Shown piece after piece: positions 24,001 to 37,400 of a stretch of DNA of 64,000 nt. This DNA comes from Amphiscolops sp. MND2022. Lineage: Eukaryota. How positions within the stretch are numbered: the first letter of the stretch is position 1; each line of letters opens with the position of its first letter. The position numbers and the translations under genes are program-made. The notes beneath the pieces are model-generated. The model saw only the letters and a list, made by a program, of their open reading frames with translations, was not told where the DNA came from and made no database searches. Where the stretch lies: positions 23,934,001 to 23,998,000 of the forward strand of contig OZ076409.1 in assembly GCA_964187785.1 (NCBI GenBank), given 5' to 3'.

Positions 24001-27000
24001 TTTCAAAGCTGTTGCTAGCTCTGAAAAGGATTCAATTCTCGCCGAACAACTTCGTAGCTGGTATGACATGGAGTCATATGGAGCTCACAAACAAGCTGAC
24101 TCTCGTTCCGCCGCCGATGCGCAAGCGATGAAGATTCTCGAAGAGACAACATTCAATGATGGCTGCCGTTACCAAGTTGGAATGTTGTGGGCCGACAAAG
24201 AAAGTACGTTGCCGAACAACTACTTCTCGGCTCTCGTTCAAATGAAATCGTTAGAGCGTCGCCTTGGAAAAGATCCTCAACTGAAAGAAAGCTACAGCAA
24301 AACAATCCAAGAGGATATTGCAAAAGGGTATATTGTTAAAGTCGATAAATCCGAGTGCTTCCGAACCGACAACTGTCGTGAGTGGTACTTGCCACATCAT
24401 CCCGTGATCCATCCGCACAAAACCCGGTAAAGTTAGAAGAGTTCTCAATGGTGCTGCGAAGTTCCACGGGTATTCTCTAAACAATGTTCTTTTGACCGGC
24501 CCGGATATGCTGCAAAACTTGATTCACATCCTTTTCAGATTCCGTCAGTACCCCAACGCCGTATCCGCCGACATTGAAGGAATGTTCCTACAAGTAGGAG
24601 TTATTCCGAAAGACCAGCCATCCATTCGTTTTTTGTGGCGGGAAGATCCATCAACCGAAGTTTCTGTGTTTCAATACGTCAGACACATCTTTGGCGCGAA
24701 GGACTCTCCGACTTGCGCAAATTACGCTCTGAAGAGAACCGCAACAGACAACGCTGACATGTTCCCAAAAGCCGCTCAGAGCGTGCACACCAACTTCTAT
24801 ATGGACGACTATCTCGAGTCGAGCCCAACCGCGGAAGAAGCTGCCCAAAAGGCTAAAGACTTGGTGAAAATGCTTTTATTAGGCGGTTTCAAACTCACCA
24901 AGTTCGTATCAAACGACCCGAAGATTTTGAATCGAATTGAACCGGATTCAGAGAATCAAAGCAATGATGGAAAACAATTACCGACACAGGACGAGTCTTC
25001 CCACGTCCTTGGCCTCAAGTGGAATCACAAATCAGACACACTTGTTGTCAGTCGAGGTACAACGCCGGACACTCAACGAACTGTCAGTCAAAGAATCGTG
25101 TTGAGTCTGGTCTCTGCGTGTACGACCCTATTGGTCTCGTAGCCCCGTATACAGTTAAGGCTCGACTTCTCTTGAAAGACATTTGGAGACTGAGTGGTCA
25201 GAAATGGGACGACGTCCTACCAGACGACATCATGACCAAGTTTACAGCGTGGAGTTCTGAACTGAGATCCCTTAGCCAGATTGTCATACCGAGAAGCTAT
25301 TTCCAGCAAAATGTCGAGCGTTTGGAACTACACATGTTTGGGGACAGTTCGCAAGACGTGTTCAGTGCCGTGGCTTTTCTGAGAGGAAAGATCGTTTCGG
25401 AACATGGCAGCTCAACAGAGTTAGCTTTTGTTTTCGGAAAAGCACGTGTTGCACCAATGAAAGCCTTGACAATCCCAAAGCTGGAACTCCAAGCTGCTCT
25501 ACTTTCTGCGAGGCTCAGAAATGACATCCAAAAAGCCTTGACTCTGAAAATAGAAAAGACTTTCATGTGGACCGACAGCACTACCGTACTCCAATGGTTA
25601 CATTCTCTCGAGAAGCAACCAGTTTTTGTCGCAAACCGAGTTGCGGAAATTTTGGAGTTTACAACTGTAGACGAATGGTTTCACGTTCAGTCTGCCGACA
25701 ACCCTGCGGACGCAGGAACGAGAGGTTTGTCTGCTAAAGAACTCCTTGCAAGTTGTTGGTTGAAAGGACCCAGCTTCTTGAAAACTTCTGATTGGCCTTT
25801 CAAGCCATGCGAAAACTTCCGAACGAAACTGAAGCAAGCGAAACCGGATCCGAATGATGTACGAATGACAGAGTCGTGGACAATGTTAATCGCACACCAA
25901 ACTGCCATTGCAGAAACGTTTCAGTGGCAGAAGTATTGCTCATACGAGAAACTCCTGCGCATTACCGCCTATATGCTTCGTCTTTTGTTGAAGAGTAACT
26001 TGTATAAGAGTAAAACTGGTGGCATCACTGATCCCGCAGAACTTGAAAATGCTGAACTACATCTCTTTTACTTGGTTCAGACCGAGTCCTTTGCAACAGA
26101 AAAAAGTAATCTCTTCAAGTCCTCGCCGCTTAGCGGTAAGTCTAAAATCGCTCAATTTTCTCCCTTTATTGGACCAGGCGGTCTTTTAAGAGCTTCGGGA
26201 CGAGTGAAACAACTCACGATTGCTACGTTTGATGTGAAACATCCCATCATACTGGATGCCCGTCATCCGTTGACAAAACTACTGTTGGAGCACTTGCACA
26301 CACAACATTGTCATCAGGGTGTTGACTACCTCCGAGCATTGGTGCAGCAGCGATTTGCTGTAGTCAAGTTGAGAACCGCCCTGAGAACCATTGTTTCGAG
26401 ATGCGTTGTTTGTCGCAAACGAAGAGCCGAAACTCTGACTCCTATAATGGCGGACCTGCCCCGTGAAAGACTTGCGTTCAAAGAACCACCGTTTTCAAAC
26501 ACTGGCGTCGACTACTTTGGACCTTTTTTTGTATCTGTGAAGCGTTCTACTGAAAAACGTTGGGGTTTTCTCTTCACATGCCTCACGACTCGAGCTGTTC
26601 ACTTGGAAGTTGTCCCAAGTATGGACACCAGTAGCTGCGTGATGGGAATTGAAAGGTTTTACGCCCGTCGTGGCATCCCCTCAGTTATTTGGTCCGACAA
26701 TGGGACAAATTTTGTAGCTAGTGAGAAAGAACTCCTGTTTAATATCAAGAATTGGAACCAGCAAGTCCTCGGAGAAGCACTCGTGAGGAAAGGAATAAAA
26801 TGGAAGTTTAATCCACCTAGTGCTCCGCATCACGGAGGTGTTTGGGAACGTGTTGTCCGAAGCTTCAAACACGTCTTTTACGCTGTCCTGGGAAACCGCC
26901 GATTGACAGATGAAGTTTTGATGACAACGTTCTGCTTGATCGAACAATGTCTCAACGCTCGTCCAATTACACCAGCTTGTACCAACCCAGCAGACTTAGA

Positions 27001-27385
27001 TGCACTAACCCCAAATCATTTCCTACTGGGAACCGCCAGTTCAACGCTACCTACTCATTTTCACGCCGAAGTAGATCATCGAAAGCGGTACGTTCGTGCC
27101 CAAGCGTACTCAGACGCTATTTGGAATCGTTGGCTCAAGGAGTACATTCCAAATCTGAATCACCGTTCAAAATGGTGCAAGTCGCCCAACAGAGAACTCA
27201 AGACCGGAGATCTTGTTTGGATAGTTGAGCCAACTGCACCTAGAGGACACTACCCGCTTGCCCGTGTTGTGAAGTTAAACTTCGGCACTGATGCCGTCGC
27301 CAGATCCGCTGAAGTCAAAACATCAACTGGTAACCTCGTTCGTCCCGTTGTTAAGCTCGCCCCTGTTCTCCCCGTTCCCGAATAA
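21002..27385 (+). pseudogene. gag-pol: BEL/Pao gag-pol polyprotein with two single-base frameshifts (~24421 and ~25117)
   Basis: YSGDPLQWHEW gag domain, three Cys/His knuckles, LCDSAC protease, YLPHHPV and YMDD RT, FGDSS and TIPKLEL RNase H, GVDYFGP/SDNG/WER integrase, LTPNHFL C-terminal domain. Confidence 0.95.
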
Positions 27386-27516
27386 ACTACATTTGTTTCG
27401 TTTCACCGTATTTTACTATATTTCATGAAAAACTTCCGTTTACTATGTTTCCTGAATCGTTTACGAATACAAAATTGAAAAAAAAGTTTTGTTCGATTCT
27501 TTCTCCACATCTTCTT

Positions 27517-27528
27517 GGGCCCGGAGGA
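27517..27528 (+). promoter_or_regulatory. Polypurine-tract-like sequence
   Basis: GGGCCCGGAGGA immediately before the 3' LTR. Confidence 0.6.
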
Positions 27529-27832
27529 TGTTGCTCTTTAAAATAGCAAATGAAAGCGTATTGCAAAATGAAAGTGTTTGAAATTTCTCAATTCTAATGT
27601 TCAACTTCCAATGTTCATGCCTTTGCTATCTCGGAATCTGATGTTTCCTTTATTCAATATTTTGATCACATTTGTTCAAATGTTATGAAATCTTTTCCGA
27701 CTTTGTCAAAAAGTGGGTTGTGTTTTACCGCTGATTTAAACAGTTGACGTTGGTTCTTCACCAAATACAATATTGAACTCTCTCATTTTTTGCCAAACGA
27801 GATATAGATTCTTTATTTCTATATTGCTTTCA
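27529..27832 (+). repeat. BEL 3' LTR
   Basis: 304-bp direct repeat of 18827-19130. Confidence 0.97.
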
Positions 27833-28119
27833 TTGGCAGTGTAAAAGATTTTAATTTGTAGTCTTCTGAACATTTTGCAGGAAACCATTTTGTAAACAAA
27901 ATTCAATACATTGGAACCATCCCGATTGATTTTTGCTGAAAAGCATAAATTTTCACCACAGGACAAAAAAATTAACCAGTTTTTCCTCGGAAAATGATTT
28001 TCAAACCAATTCGACAAAAACTTCTGAGGTGATGGAACTGAGTCGAATTCCTCCGGAGCCTTCTATGCTCGCAAAACGCTTTGTGTTTGCTAAAAACCAA
28101 AAGAGACTTCAGTTTCAAG

Positions 28120-28242
28120 AAGCTGAAGTCGATTAGTGCCGAAAAAAGGGGACCCTTTGACCTTTGCAAGCATAATTTTTTTGGTTTAGTGCCGGACTCG
28201 AACCCACAAAATGCAGAGGAACTCACCTTTACCTCTACGCTA
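28120..28242 (-). repeat. tRNA-derived SINE-like head abutting the array
   Basis: Minus strand reads TAGCGTAGAGGT (A box, 28242-28231) then GTGGGTTCGAGTCC (B box, 28207-28194). Confidence 0.55.
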
Positions 28243-31200
28243 GGTGGTCAAGGGGGATGCCCATCAGAAAATATTGCGAGGCCGGGGAGGGTCCCGAGAG
28301 CCGAGCACATTCTATCAATTCCTACCTTCAGGATTGCGAAGTATTTTAACCGATCTCGAAATTCACCCGTAGGATTTGTCTGAAACTTTGCATGTGGCTT
28401 TATCTCAAAAATTTAAGAAATTTTTTCTCCTGACGTTTTTCCAGGAAAATTCATTTTGTAGGGTTTTTTTGGGTTTTTTTGGTTTTTTTCATCTTTTTTC
28501 ATCTTTGATTAATCAATGACCGAATCAAAGGCCATTTTCACCATGAAGGAAAGCCCGTAGCGGCAAAGTGCACTTTTATGAAAATCATCAACGGTCAACG
28601 GTCTTTCGAACGGTCCGAAAAAATTTCCCCCCGGGGGAAACCAAAGTGCCGAAAAGTGCCAAAATTATTTTTTTGACTGAATCACTTTGATCAAATTGAT
28701 GATTTGTGCAGCCGGAACGGTCCGCACGGTCTCGGACAATAAGGTCAAAAATTGTCAGCATCCAATGGGGGTTCCAAAAATGTAATTCGTTGACCTGTAG
28801 GAGACATCAGAAAAAAGTTGATTTTTTGGGGTATATGTCATTATGAGTGATTGGATGAGAAATAATTGTATCACTTTCAGTTGGATATGATGCAGCACAG
28901 GAAGCAGCTGCAGCAAACTTGAAACTGATTATGGGGCTGGGGTTTACCCTCTGTATCGAGCAAAACAGCCCTAGGGCATAAGTTGTGCCAAAAAATGCCT
29001 CAAAGTGATGATTAGGTTATTGCAAATCGTTCAGCAAAATTTATTGTCACCGGTGTTCCGAGAGTTGCGCAGCATCTCGCAGGAACAACGGTGCTTGCTT
29101 AGAAAGCAAAAAACCACAAAATCCCTTGAGTTAAGTTGACGGCAGTCACCATAGACATTCACTCGTCAGGGTGATGATATTTATCGTTCAATCCCAGAAT
29201 AACTTACAAAAAATTGCTAGCCTCAATATTTCTTTTTCATACTCCATTAGCAAAGGTTGCGCTGTTAAGTTTAGGCCTTTTACTAGCAGTGCTCTAAATC
29301 GCTCCATCGCTAGGTGGTCAGGGGCGTTGTACCCCACAGGGAATGGAGCGAGGCGGGGGAGGGGCCCCGAACCGAGCCCATTATATAACATCATTTTGTT
29401 ACTATACCGAAACGGGGGGTTGCGGAGACGATCTTGGAAATGAGCCGTTAGAAATTGATGAAACTTTGCATGCGGCCATATATGGAAATTCTAAGAATTT
29501 TTTCCTGCTGACACTTTTTCCGCACAGGTCTCCTTTATGGGTTTTTTTGGGTTTTTTTGCTTTTTTTAACATTTTTTAACATTGATTAATCAATCACCGA
29601 ATCAAAGGTCATTTTCAGCATGAAGGAATGCTTGTAGCGGCAAGGTGCACTCTTATGAAAATCATCAACGGTCAACGGTCTTTTGAACGGTCCAAAAAAA
29701 TTTTCCCCCGGGGGCATACAAAGTGCCAAAAAGTGCCAAAATAATTTTTTGGGCTGAATCATTTATATGAAATTGATGATTTGAGCAGCCGGAACGGTCC
29801 GCACGGTCTCGGACTATTATACCGAAAATTGTCAGCATTCAATGACGGTTCCAAAAATATATCTTGTTCACCTGTAGGGGTTCTCAGAAAAAAGTTGATT
29901 TTTTGGGGTGAGGGCTTGATGAATGATTGGATGAGAAAAAATTGTATCACGTTGAGTTGGATATGATGCAGCACAGGCAGCACTTGCAGCAAACGTGAAA
30001 CTGATTAGAGGGCAGGGATTAATTCTCTTTACCGAGCAAAATAGCCCTTGGGCATAACTTGTGCCAAAAAATGCCTCAAAGAATTAATTTACTTTTTGCG
30101 AATCGGTTAGCAAAATGCAGTATCACCGGTGTTCCCAGAGTTGCGCAGCATCTCGCAGGAACAACGGTGCTTGCTCGAAGAGCAAAAATTCTCATTATAC
30201 CTTTTTGTTAAGTTGACGGCAGTCATTATATACAATTACCTGGCAGGCTGATGATATTTATCGTTGAATCCCGGAATAACTTACACAAAAGTGGTAGTCT
30301 CAATAATTCCTTTTGCTTCTCCATTACCAAAGGTTGGTCCCTTTTGCTCAGGCGTTTTACTAGCAGTGCTCTAATTACCTCCACTGGGTGGTCAGGGGCG
30401 TTGTACCCCACAGGGAATGGAGCGAGGCGGGGGAGGGGCCCCGAACCGAGCCCATTATATAACATCATTTTGTTACTATACCGAAACGGGGGGTTGCGGA
30501 GACGATCTTGGAAATGAGCCGTTAGAAATTGATGAAACTTTGCATGCGGCCATATATGGAAATTCTAAGAATTTTTTCCTGCTGACACTTTTTCCGCACA
30601 GGTCTCCTTCATGGGTTTTTTTGGGTTTTTTTGCTTTTTTTAACATTTTTTAACATTGATTAATCAATCACCGAATCAAAGGCCATTTTCGGCATAAAGC
30701 AATGCCGCTAGCGGCAAGGTGCACTCTTATGAAAATCATCAACGGTCAACGGTCTTTTGAACGGTCCAAAAAAATTTCCCCCCGGGGGCATACAAAGTGC
30801 CAAAAAGTGCCAAAAGAATTTTTTGGGCTGAATCATTTATATGAAATTGATGATTTGAGCAGCTGGAACGGTCCGCACGGTCTCGGACTATTATACCGAA
30901 AATTGTCAGCATTCAATGACGGTTCCAAAAATATATCTTGTTCACCTGTAGGGGTTCTCAGAAAAAAGTTGATTTTTTGGGGTGAGGGCTTGATGAATGA
31001 TTGGATGAGAAAAAATTGTATCACGTTGAGTTGGATATGATGCAGCACAGGCAGCACTTGCAGCAAACCTGAAACTGATTAGAGGGCAGGGATTAATTCT
31101 CTTTACCGAGCAAAATAGCCCTTGGGCATAACTTGTGCCAAAAAATGCCTCAAAGAATTAATTTACTTTTTGCGAATCGGTTAGCAAAATGCAGTATCAC

Positions 31201-31457
31201 CGGTGTTCCCAGAGTTGCGCAGCATCTCGCAGGAACAACGGTGCTTGCTCGAAGAGCAAAAATTCTCATTATACCTTTTTGTTAAGTTGACGGCAGTCAT
31301 TATATACAATTACCTGGCAGGCTGATGATATTTATCGTTGAATCCCGGAATAACTTACACAAAAGTGGTAGTCTCAATATTTCCTTTTGATTCTCCATTA
31401 CCAAAGGTTGGTCCCTTTTGCTCAGGCGTTTTACTAGCAGTGCTCTAATTACCTCCA
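28240..31457 (-). repeat. Three tandem ~1074-bp units
   Basis: Period 1070/1074/1074; the second and third are nearly identical, the first is more diverged. Confidence 0.9.
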
Positions 31458-34400
31458 CTGGGTGGTCACGTGTTGTCCCACTGCAATAATGTGCGAGGCC
31501 GGGGAGGGACCCGGGACCGAGCGCGTTATATAAGGATCTCTATATACTACCCGACACCTACGCGTGGGAAGGTTATTTTTTAAATGAGCCGTGAGAATTC
31601 CTTGAAAATTTGCATACGGCCATTTCTCCCAATTCTAAGAACTTTTTTCTGCTGACGTTTTTCCCAGAAACTTGTCCTTCATGGTGTTTTTGACAAAAGT
31701 TCGGATATAACGAATTTTTGTTCGGATATAACGTTTTTCTTTAATAACTTTTACACGGTGCACGCTAGCCCAAATGGGCATACTAACAGAAAGTTGTGAA
31801 ATGTGGCGCGTCAAATGATAGTGCCAAAAAAGTGCCGCTGGTGGCACTAAAAGTGCCAAAAAATGCCAAAATGTAAAGTATCACCAGTATCACCTGTACT
31901 TATAGGTCATTTTAAGCACGTTAAACGGTCCGAACGGTCTCGGACCATAAAGTCAAAAATTTTTAGCATTCATTGAGGGTTTCAAAAATATAATTTATAC
32001 ACCTGTAGTGGTCGTAATAAAAAATTCGATTTTTTGGGGTGTATGGCATGATGAGCAATGATGAAATTTTTTATACAGTACTTTTCATTCAATTACTCAC
32101 CACGCAGCACCAGTAGCAGCGGAAGTCATTTTTATGAAAAGTATCAGGGGGCTGGGGTCTACCCACGGTACTATCGCAAAGTAGGCCTGGGGCAATGATT
32201 GTGCCAAAAAATGCCTTATAGTGAGGAATGAGTTTTTGCAAATCAGCTCATTTTTACAAACATGTGAATTCCTCGCCAGCAACGGTCCGCACGGTCTCCG
32301 ACAACCAGGTCAAACAATGTCAGTGAGCTCTGGCGTTACCGAAAATGACATTGGTTAACCTCTGGGGGGCCTCTGAAAACATTTAATTTTTTGAGTCACG
32401 ATCCGAGTTGATGTAATACGTCGTATGAACATTTCATAATCATGTTACTCATAACCAAGTACAGTTAGCACTGTGGGTCATCTTTATGAAAATGAACATT
32501 GGCCACTGGTCTAACGATTGAGTGCAGAAAACACAGCCTAGTTGCCATTGTCAAAGGAAAAAAACTCCAGAAGTGTTTTTTTCAATTTTTCATGTCGACT
32601 CGGAGTCACAAAATGGTGATTTTCTCTTCAGGAACAGTCCGAACGGTCTCGTACCATAAGATCAAAATTTGTCAGTGTAACATGGTGGCGCCCAAAAACA
32701 CATCAGAACAAGTGTAGGTAGCTCCTGAACGAATTTCGAATTTTTACGTGGGTTAGAGAGTTATAGTGTCACTTCGTAATAACATTTCGGATATGCATAT
32801 CTCCTGCCAGAGTCCAGATAGCATTATGGGTCATCTTTTCAAAAATGAACATGGGCCACTGGTCTACCGAATGGTAATAAAAAGTTTTCAATAAGTGCTG
32901 CATGGCGTGAATAAAAGGCCAAGATGAGGTATTTAGCATTTTTTTGCATGACTCGGACCTACAAAAAGCCCATTTCTGCTCCAACAACGGTCCGTACGGT
33001 CTTCGACCATAAGTTCAAAAAGTGTCAGTGTGCTATGATGACGCTCAAAAACTCATCAGTACACTTGTAGAGTGCTTCTGAAAAAATTTAGAATTTTTAG
33101 GTGAGTCCGAGAGTTATAGAGAGTCATGTTGTCACATCGTAACTACATTTCGGGTATGTATATCTCCTAACACAGTACAGATAGCAACATGGGTCATCTT
33201 TTGGAAAGTGAACGTGGGCCACTGGTCCACCGAATGGTGATATAAAGTTTTCACCAAATGCTACAGGGAGTAATAAATGTGCTTACATGCGTTACATAGC
33301 ATTTTTTCAGGCGACTCGGACTTACAAAAAGGTCATTTGCTCGCGAACAACGGTCTGTACGGTCTCCGTCCATAAGGTAGAAAATTTTTCTTGAGCTATG
33401 GTGACGCCCAAAAACCCATCAGTTTAACTGTAGCATGCGTCTGTAAAAATTTGGAATTTTTGTGCTCACAAAGTGAGATTTTGAGTTTCGAAAAACAATT
33501 TTTCACGCAAAAAACATGTTTTTCAGTGCCCAAAATCAATTTTTAAATTACAATAGCCACATAAAATGTTGTTTTGCATAACATGGCACGTGGATAGCAT
33601 AAGCAAAGTGGCCACTGTGATTTTGGAGTCATTTTTAAAAAATCAACTGCCATTAGACGTTACACAAGAGATAATGATACTGTACATATCGATACTTTGG
33701 TTGATTGGAAAATAGCTAAATGGCTTTTTCAGTCAATCAAGACTCTTTTTTGTTCACAACCAAGTGTACAGCTGACGTGGAACACATATTGACCTTCCAC
33801 AATGGTTATATTGCGATTTTGAGTGACAAAATCCCCGTTGACAAACAAAAATCCAGCCTAAAATTTGTTTCTAATTCAATTTTTGAAGTATAGGACCGCC
33901 AATTTTTGCCCACAAACATCAACTAACCTATTTTCTTGGTCTAGTGGTATTAAAAAAACGCAACTGGGCATTGACATGACACTGACACTATCATTCGAGT
34001 AGTCATGGGCAACAATATTTACTAATCGATAGGACAATTCGTCGAAAATTCATACAATATCACATTTTTGGCGGAGTCGAATTGACAAAATGCAGCTTTA
34101 TCACCAACTATTGGCTTCTAATACAATCCACGAGCACTATAATTTAGGAAAATGATGTTTACAGAACTTTCAAGGTAGTTTTTCAGAATCTGAGGTGCCT
34201 AAAAATATCAAACTGAGTAGACGCATATTTGCAACTTCAGCTTTTTTCCGGATGTGTTACCACTTTTTTTGGTATCGGCTGCCTTACTAGGGCTGTTTTT
34301 GGTCTAACACTAAACCGGAGGATCAACCAAGGTAGATACCAGACTTCACAAATCAATGGAAGGAATTTCGACATGTCAAATGTAGTGATGAGAGGAGATT

Positions 34401-37400
34401 TTTTCCAAAAATTTCTGTTATTTGTCACGTTCCATTATTCTTTTTTTCATCGGTCCTTGTCGGTTATGGTATTAACGCTCAACAACGACCTCACAGACAA
34501 CAAACAACTTGTTTAGTGTTATAAATAGTTTTTATAATACAACCATGCTCGGTCTGGACAGATTTTTCATCCCATTCGTTCTTAACAAGAAAAATTTTTT
34601 CCACAAAAACCCTATTTTTGTCAGGTAAAAAATTGATTTCCGGTGTTTTGAACAACATTATTGTGTCTGACGTAACCTGTGGCCTCCAAAATACTGAAAA
34701 ACAGATGTATTACTGGTATCAAAGGCTTCAGTGACATGTGAGCCACAAAAACACGTTTCGCAAAGAAAAATTCAACTTTCAAGTAAAAATTTCGATGACA
34801 CATTTTCACAATAAAAACAGAATAAAATAAAAACTTACGTAGTTCCCGTCAATGACTAACAATATAGCATCAGTGTTGCGAATATGGGGTCTCCAGAGGG
34901 TTGAATATGCAAACTGTGGTGCATAAAGCATTGTGTAACACAAAACTTACCATAGTACTAAAATATTATCATCAGAATTTTAGCAGTTTCCCTCTAAAAC
35001 TTGATAGTGTAAACATTAATCAGCAGTTGAATTAGTAGGGTTATACAACTGTGGATCTGTTTCAAAGTCTATGATCTTCCCGTTGTTCCAAACTCCTCTG
35101 TTACTGCTGAAAAGAGTCATTTGTTTTACAAGCAATGTTCCTTAAATGTTAAATTAGCAAAGACTGAAGCAACTTTATAGTAACTAAATAAAATTCCACT
35201 CTCACTACTTGCACTTTGCAGACTCTATAGACTTGACAACCTACTCACATTGATGACGTTTGCTTATTATACGATTCACATTGAACCATGCATTTTTGGA
35301 ACGAGCTTATAACTTATAAGTGAATCTTGTGATAGCCTTCCAAGTTGGCCTTCGGCCAACTTGGAAGGCTATCACTACAACCAACAAAAAACAAGAACCC
35401 CTCTTCATCCTGTTCACTTGTGGACAGTATTTTTGAGCCTTCCACTGTGTCTGTATTTGATAACATGTAATAAGCTGACACTTTCATTTCGTTAATGCTT
35501 ATCATCACTGAATTCAAACACAACATTTTTTCTTGGTGTCTGTCAAAAATACCTAAACAAATCAAAACATTCAGATTCTATGAATCCGTGGTATGTCCAG
35601 TCGTTTTACTATGTCCTCCGTTATTGGCTTCAGGAACCCCGCATCCCCTCCACCTGACAATACGTTAGATCTTCTGTTAAAAGCTTTCATGAGTAGTGTC
35701 AAAGTGCCAACAAACTCTAATTGAGTGTCAGCATTCAAAATTTGTTTAAAGGACGGGAATAATCATGGTAATCATAGTGTAAAAAAACTTACCGAAAACG
35801 AATGAAAGAAAGTTCTGCGGCATACATAACACAAAAAGTCTTTCAATAAGTTATTCATTGCTACTTTTTTAAAAAATCTTCTCGTTTGTTGTTTAATTTC
35901 TGAAGGGTGAGTCAAATTTTCACCTCTTCCCCAATGTCATCGCATTCGAATGGGATGGAATGGGGTGTTTTGATCCAATACTAACCACCTCAATGGCTAT
36001 TACTTTGTATCCTAACAGTACCAAGGAATTGAAGAAATCGCTCTGCATTAGTGACAATTTCATTTGTAGAAAAGTTTCATTGTCACTGATGTTATAGCAA
36101 TGGTGTTTCGAGGTTTGCATCATCTTGCATGATCAACGGAGTCTTCTTCAAGGAAAAGCTCAAAATACCTTGTCTTTGTTTCAACTGCCTTCATTGTTGT
36201 CAATTCTGTGGCATGCTGGTGATGAATTTTATAGTTGCTTCCATGACAAATTGAACCAAAACAGGTAGCGAAATGTACAAGAAAGATTTGCAATCTTTAT
36301 AAACAAACGTCTCATCCTTTGCTTTAGGCCGCCCTCTAGTAGTGCTCTAATTACCTCCGCTGGGTGGTCGGGGCGATATTCCCTGTTTAAATTTGCGGCC
36401 GCGGGAGACGGGACCCGCCGGCCGCACCTTTGGCCTTTGACGCTCTAGCTACATACAAAAACACGGCCTCAAAACAGCGATTTTCGAAATGAACCGTTAG
36501 AATTGGATGAAACTTTGCACACAGATAGAAGAGCAAATTCTAAGAACTTTTTCTTGCTGACACTTTTTCGAAAAAAATGTCCGTCATAGGTTTTTTTGCG
36601 TTTTTTTGGTTTTTTCAACTCGTGATTTATCACTCACAGGTTTAAAGGCCATTTTCACTGTGAAGCATTACAGATAGCGACACAAAACACTTTTATGAAA
36701 ATCATCAACGGTCAACGGTCTATTCAACGGTCCAAAAAAATTTCCCCCAGGGGGCAACTATAGTGCCAAAAAGTGCCAAAAAATTTTTTCGGACAGTATC
36801 ACTTCAACAAAATTGATGATTTGAACAGGAGGAACGGTCCGCACGGTCTCGGACCATAAAGATAAAAATTGTCAGTGAGTTATGGTGACGACCAAAATGA
36901 CATCGGTTGACCTCTAAGAGGCCTCTGGAAAAATTTGATTTTTTTGAGTCACGGTCCGAGTTGATCTGTTGCGTTGTATGAACATTTCATAATCTTGTAA
37001 CTCATACCCGAGTACAGATAGCACCGTGGGTCATCTTTATCAAAATGAACGTTGGGCAGCGGTCTAACGATTGGGTGCAAAAAATATACCTTAGTTGCCA
37101 TAGTGAAAGAAAAAATTATCCAGAAGTGTTGTTTTCAATTATTGATGTCGACTCGCAGTTACAAAATTGTGATTTTCTGTTCAGGAACGGTCCGAACGGT
37201 CTCGGATCATAAGATCAAAATTTGTCAGTGTGACATGGTGGCGCCTAAAAACACATCAGAACAGTGGTAGGAAGCTTCTGAACAAATTTCGAATTTTTAC
37301 GTGGGCCCGAGAGTTATAGTGTCACATCGTAACTACATTTCGGGTATGCATATCTCCTCACAGAGTACAGATAGCATCATGGGTCACCTTTTCGAAAAAG

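Larger units (their letters stand above)
18827..27832 (+). mobile_element. Full-length BEL/Pao LTR retrotransposon
   Basis: Two 304-bp TG...CA LTRs; TTGGC target site duplication (18822-18826 and 27833-27837); PBS, PPT and Pao-type gag-pol. Confidence 0.97.
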
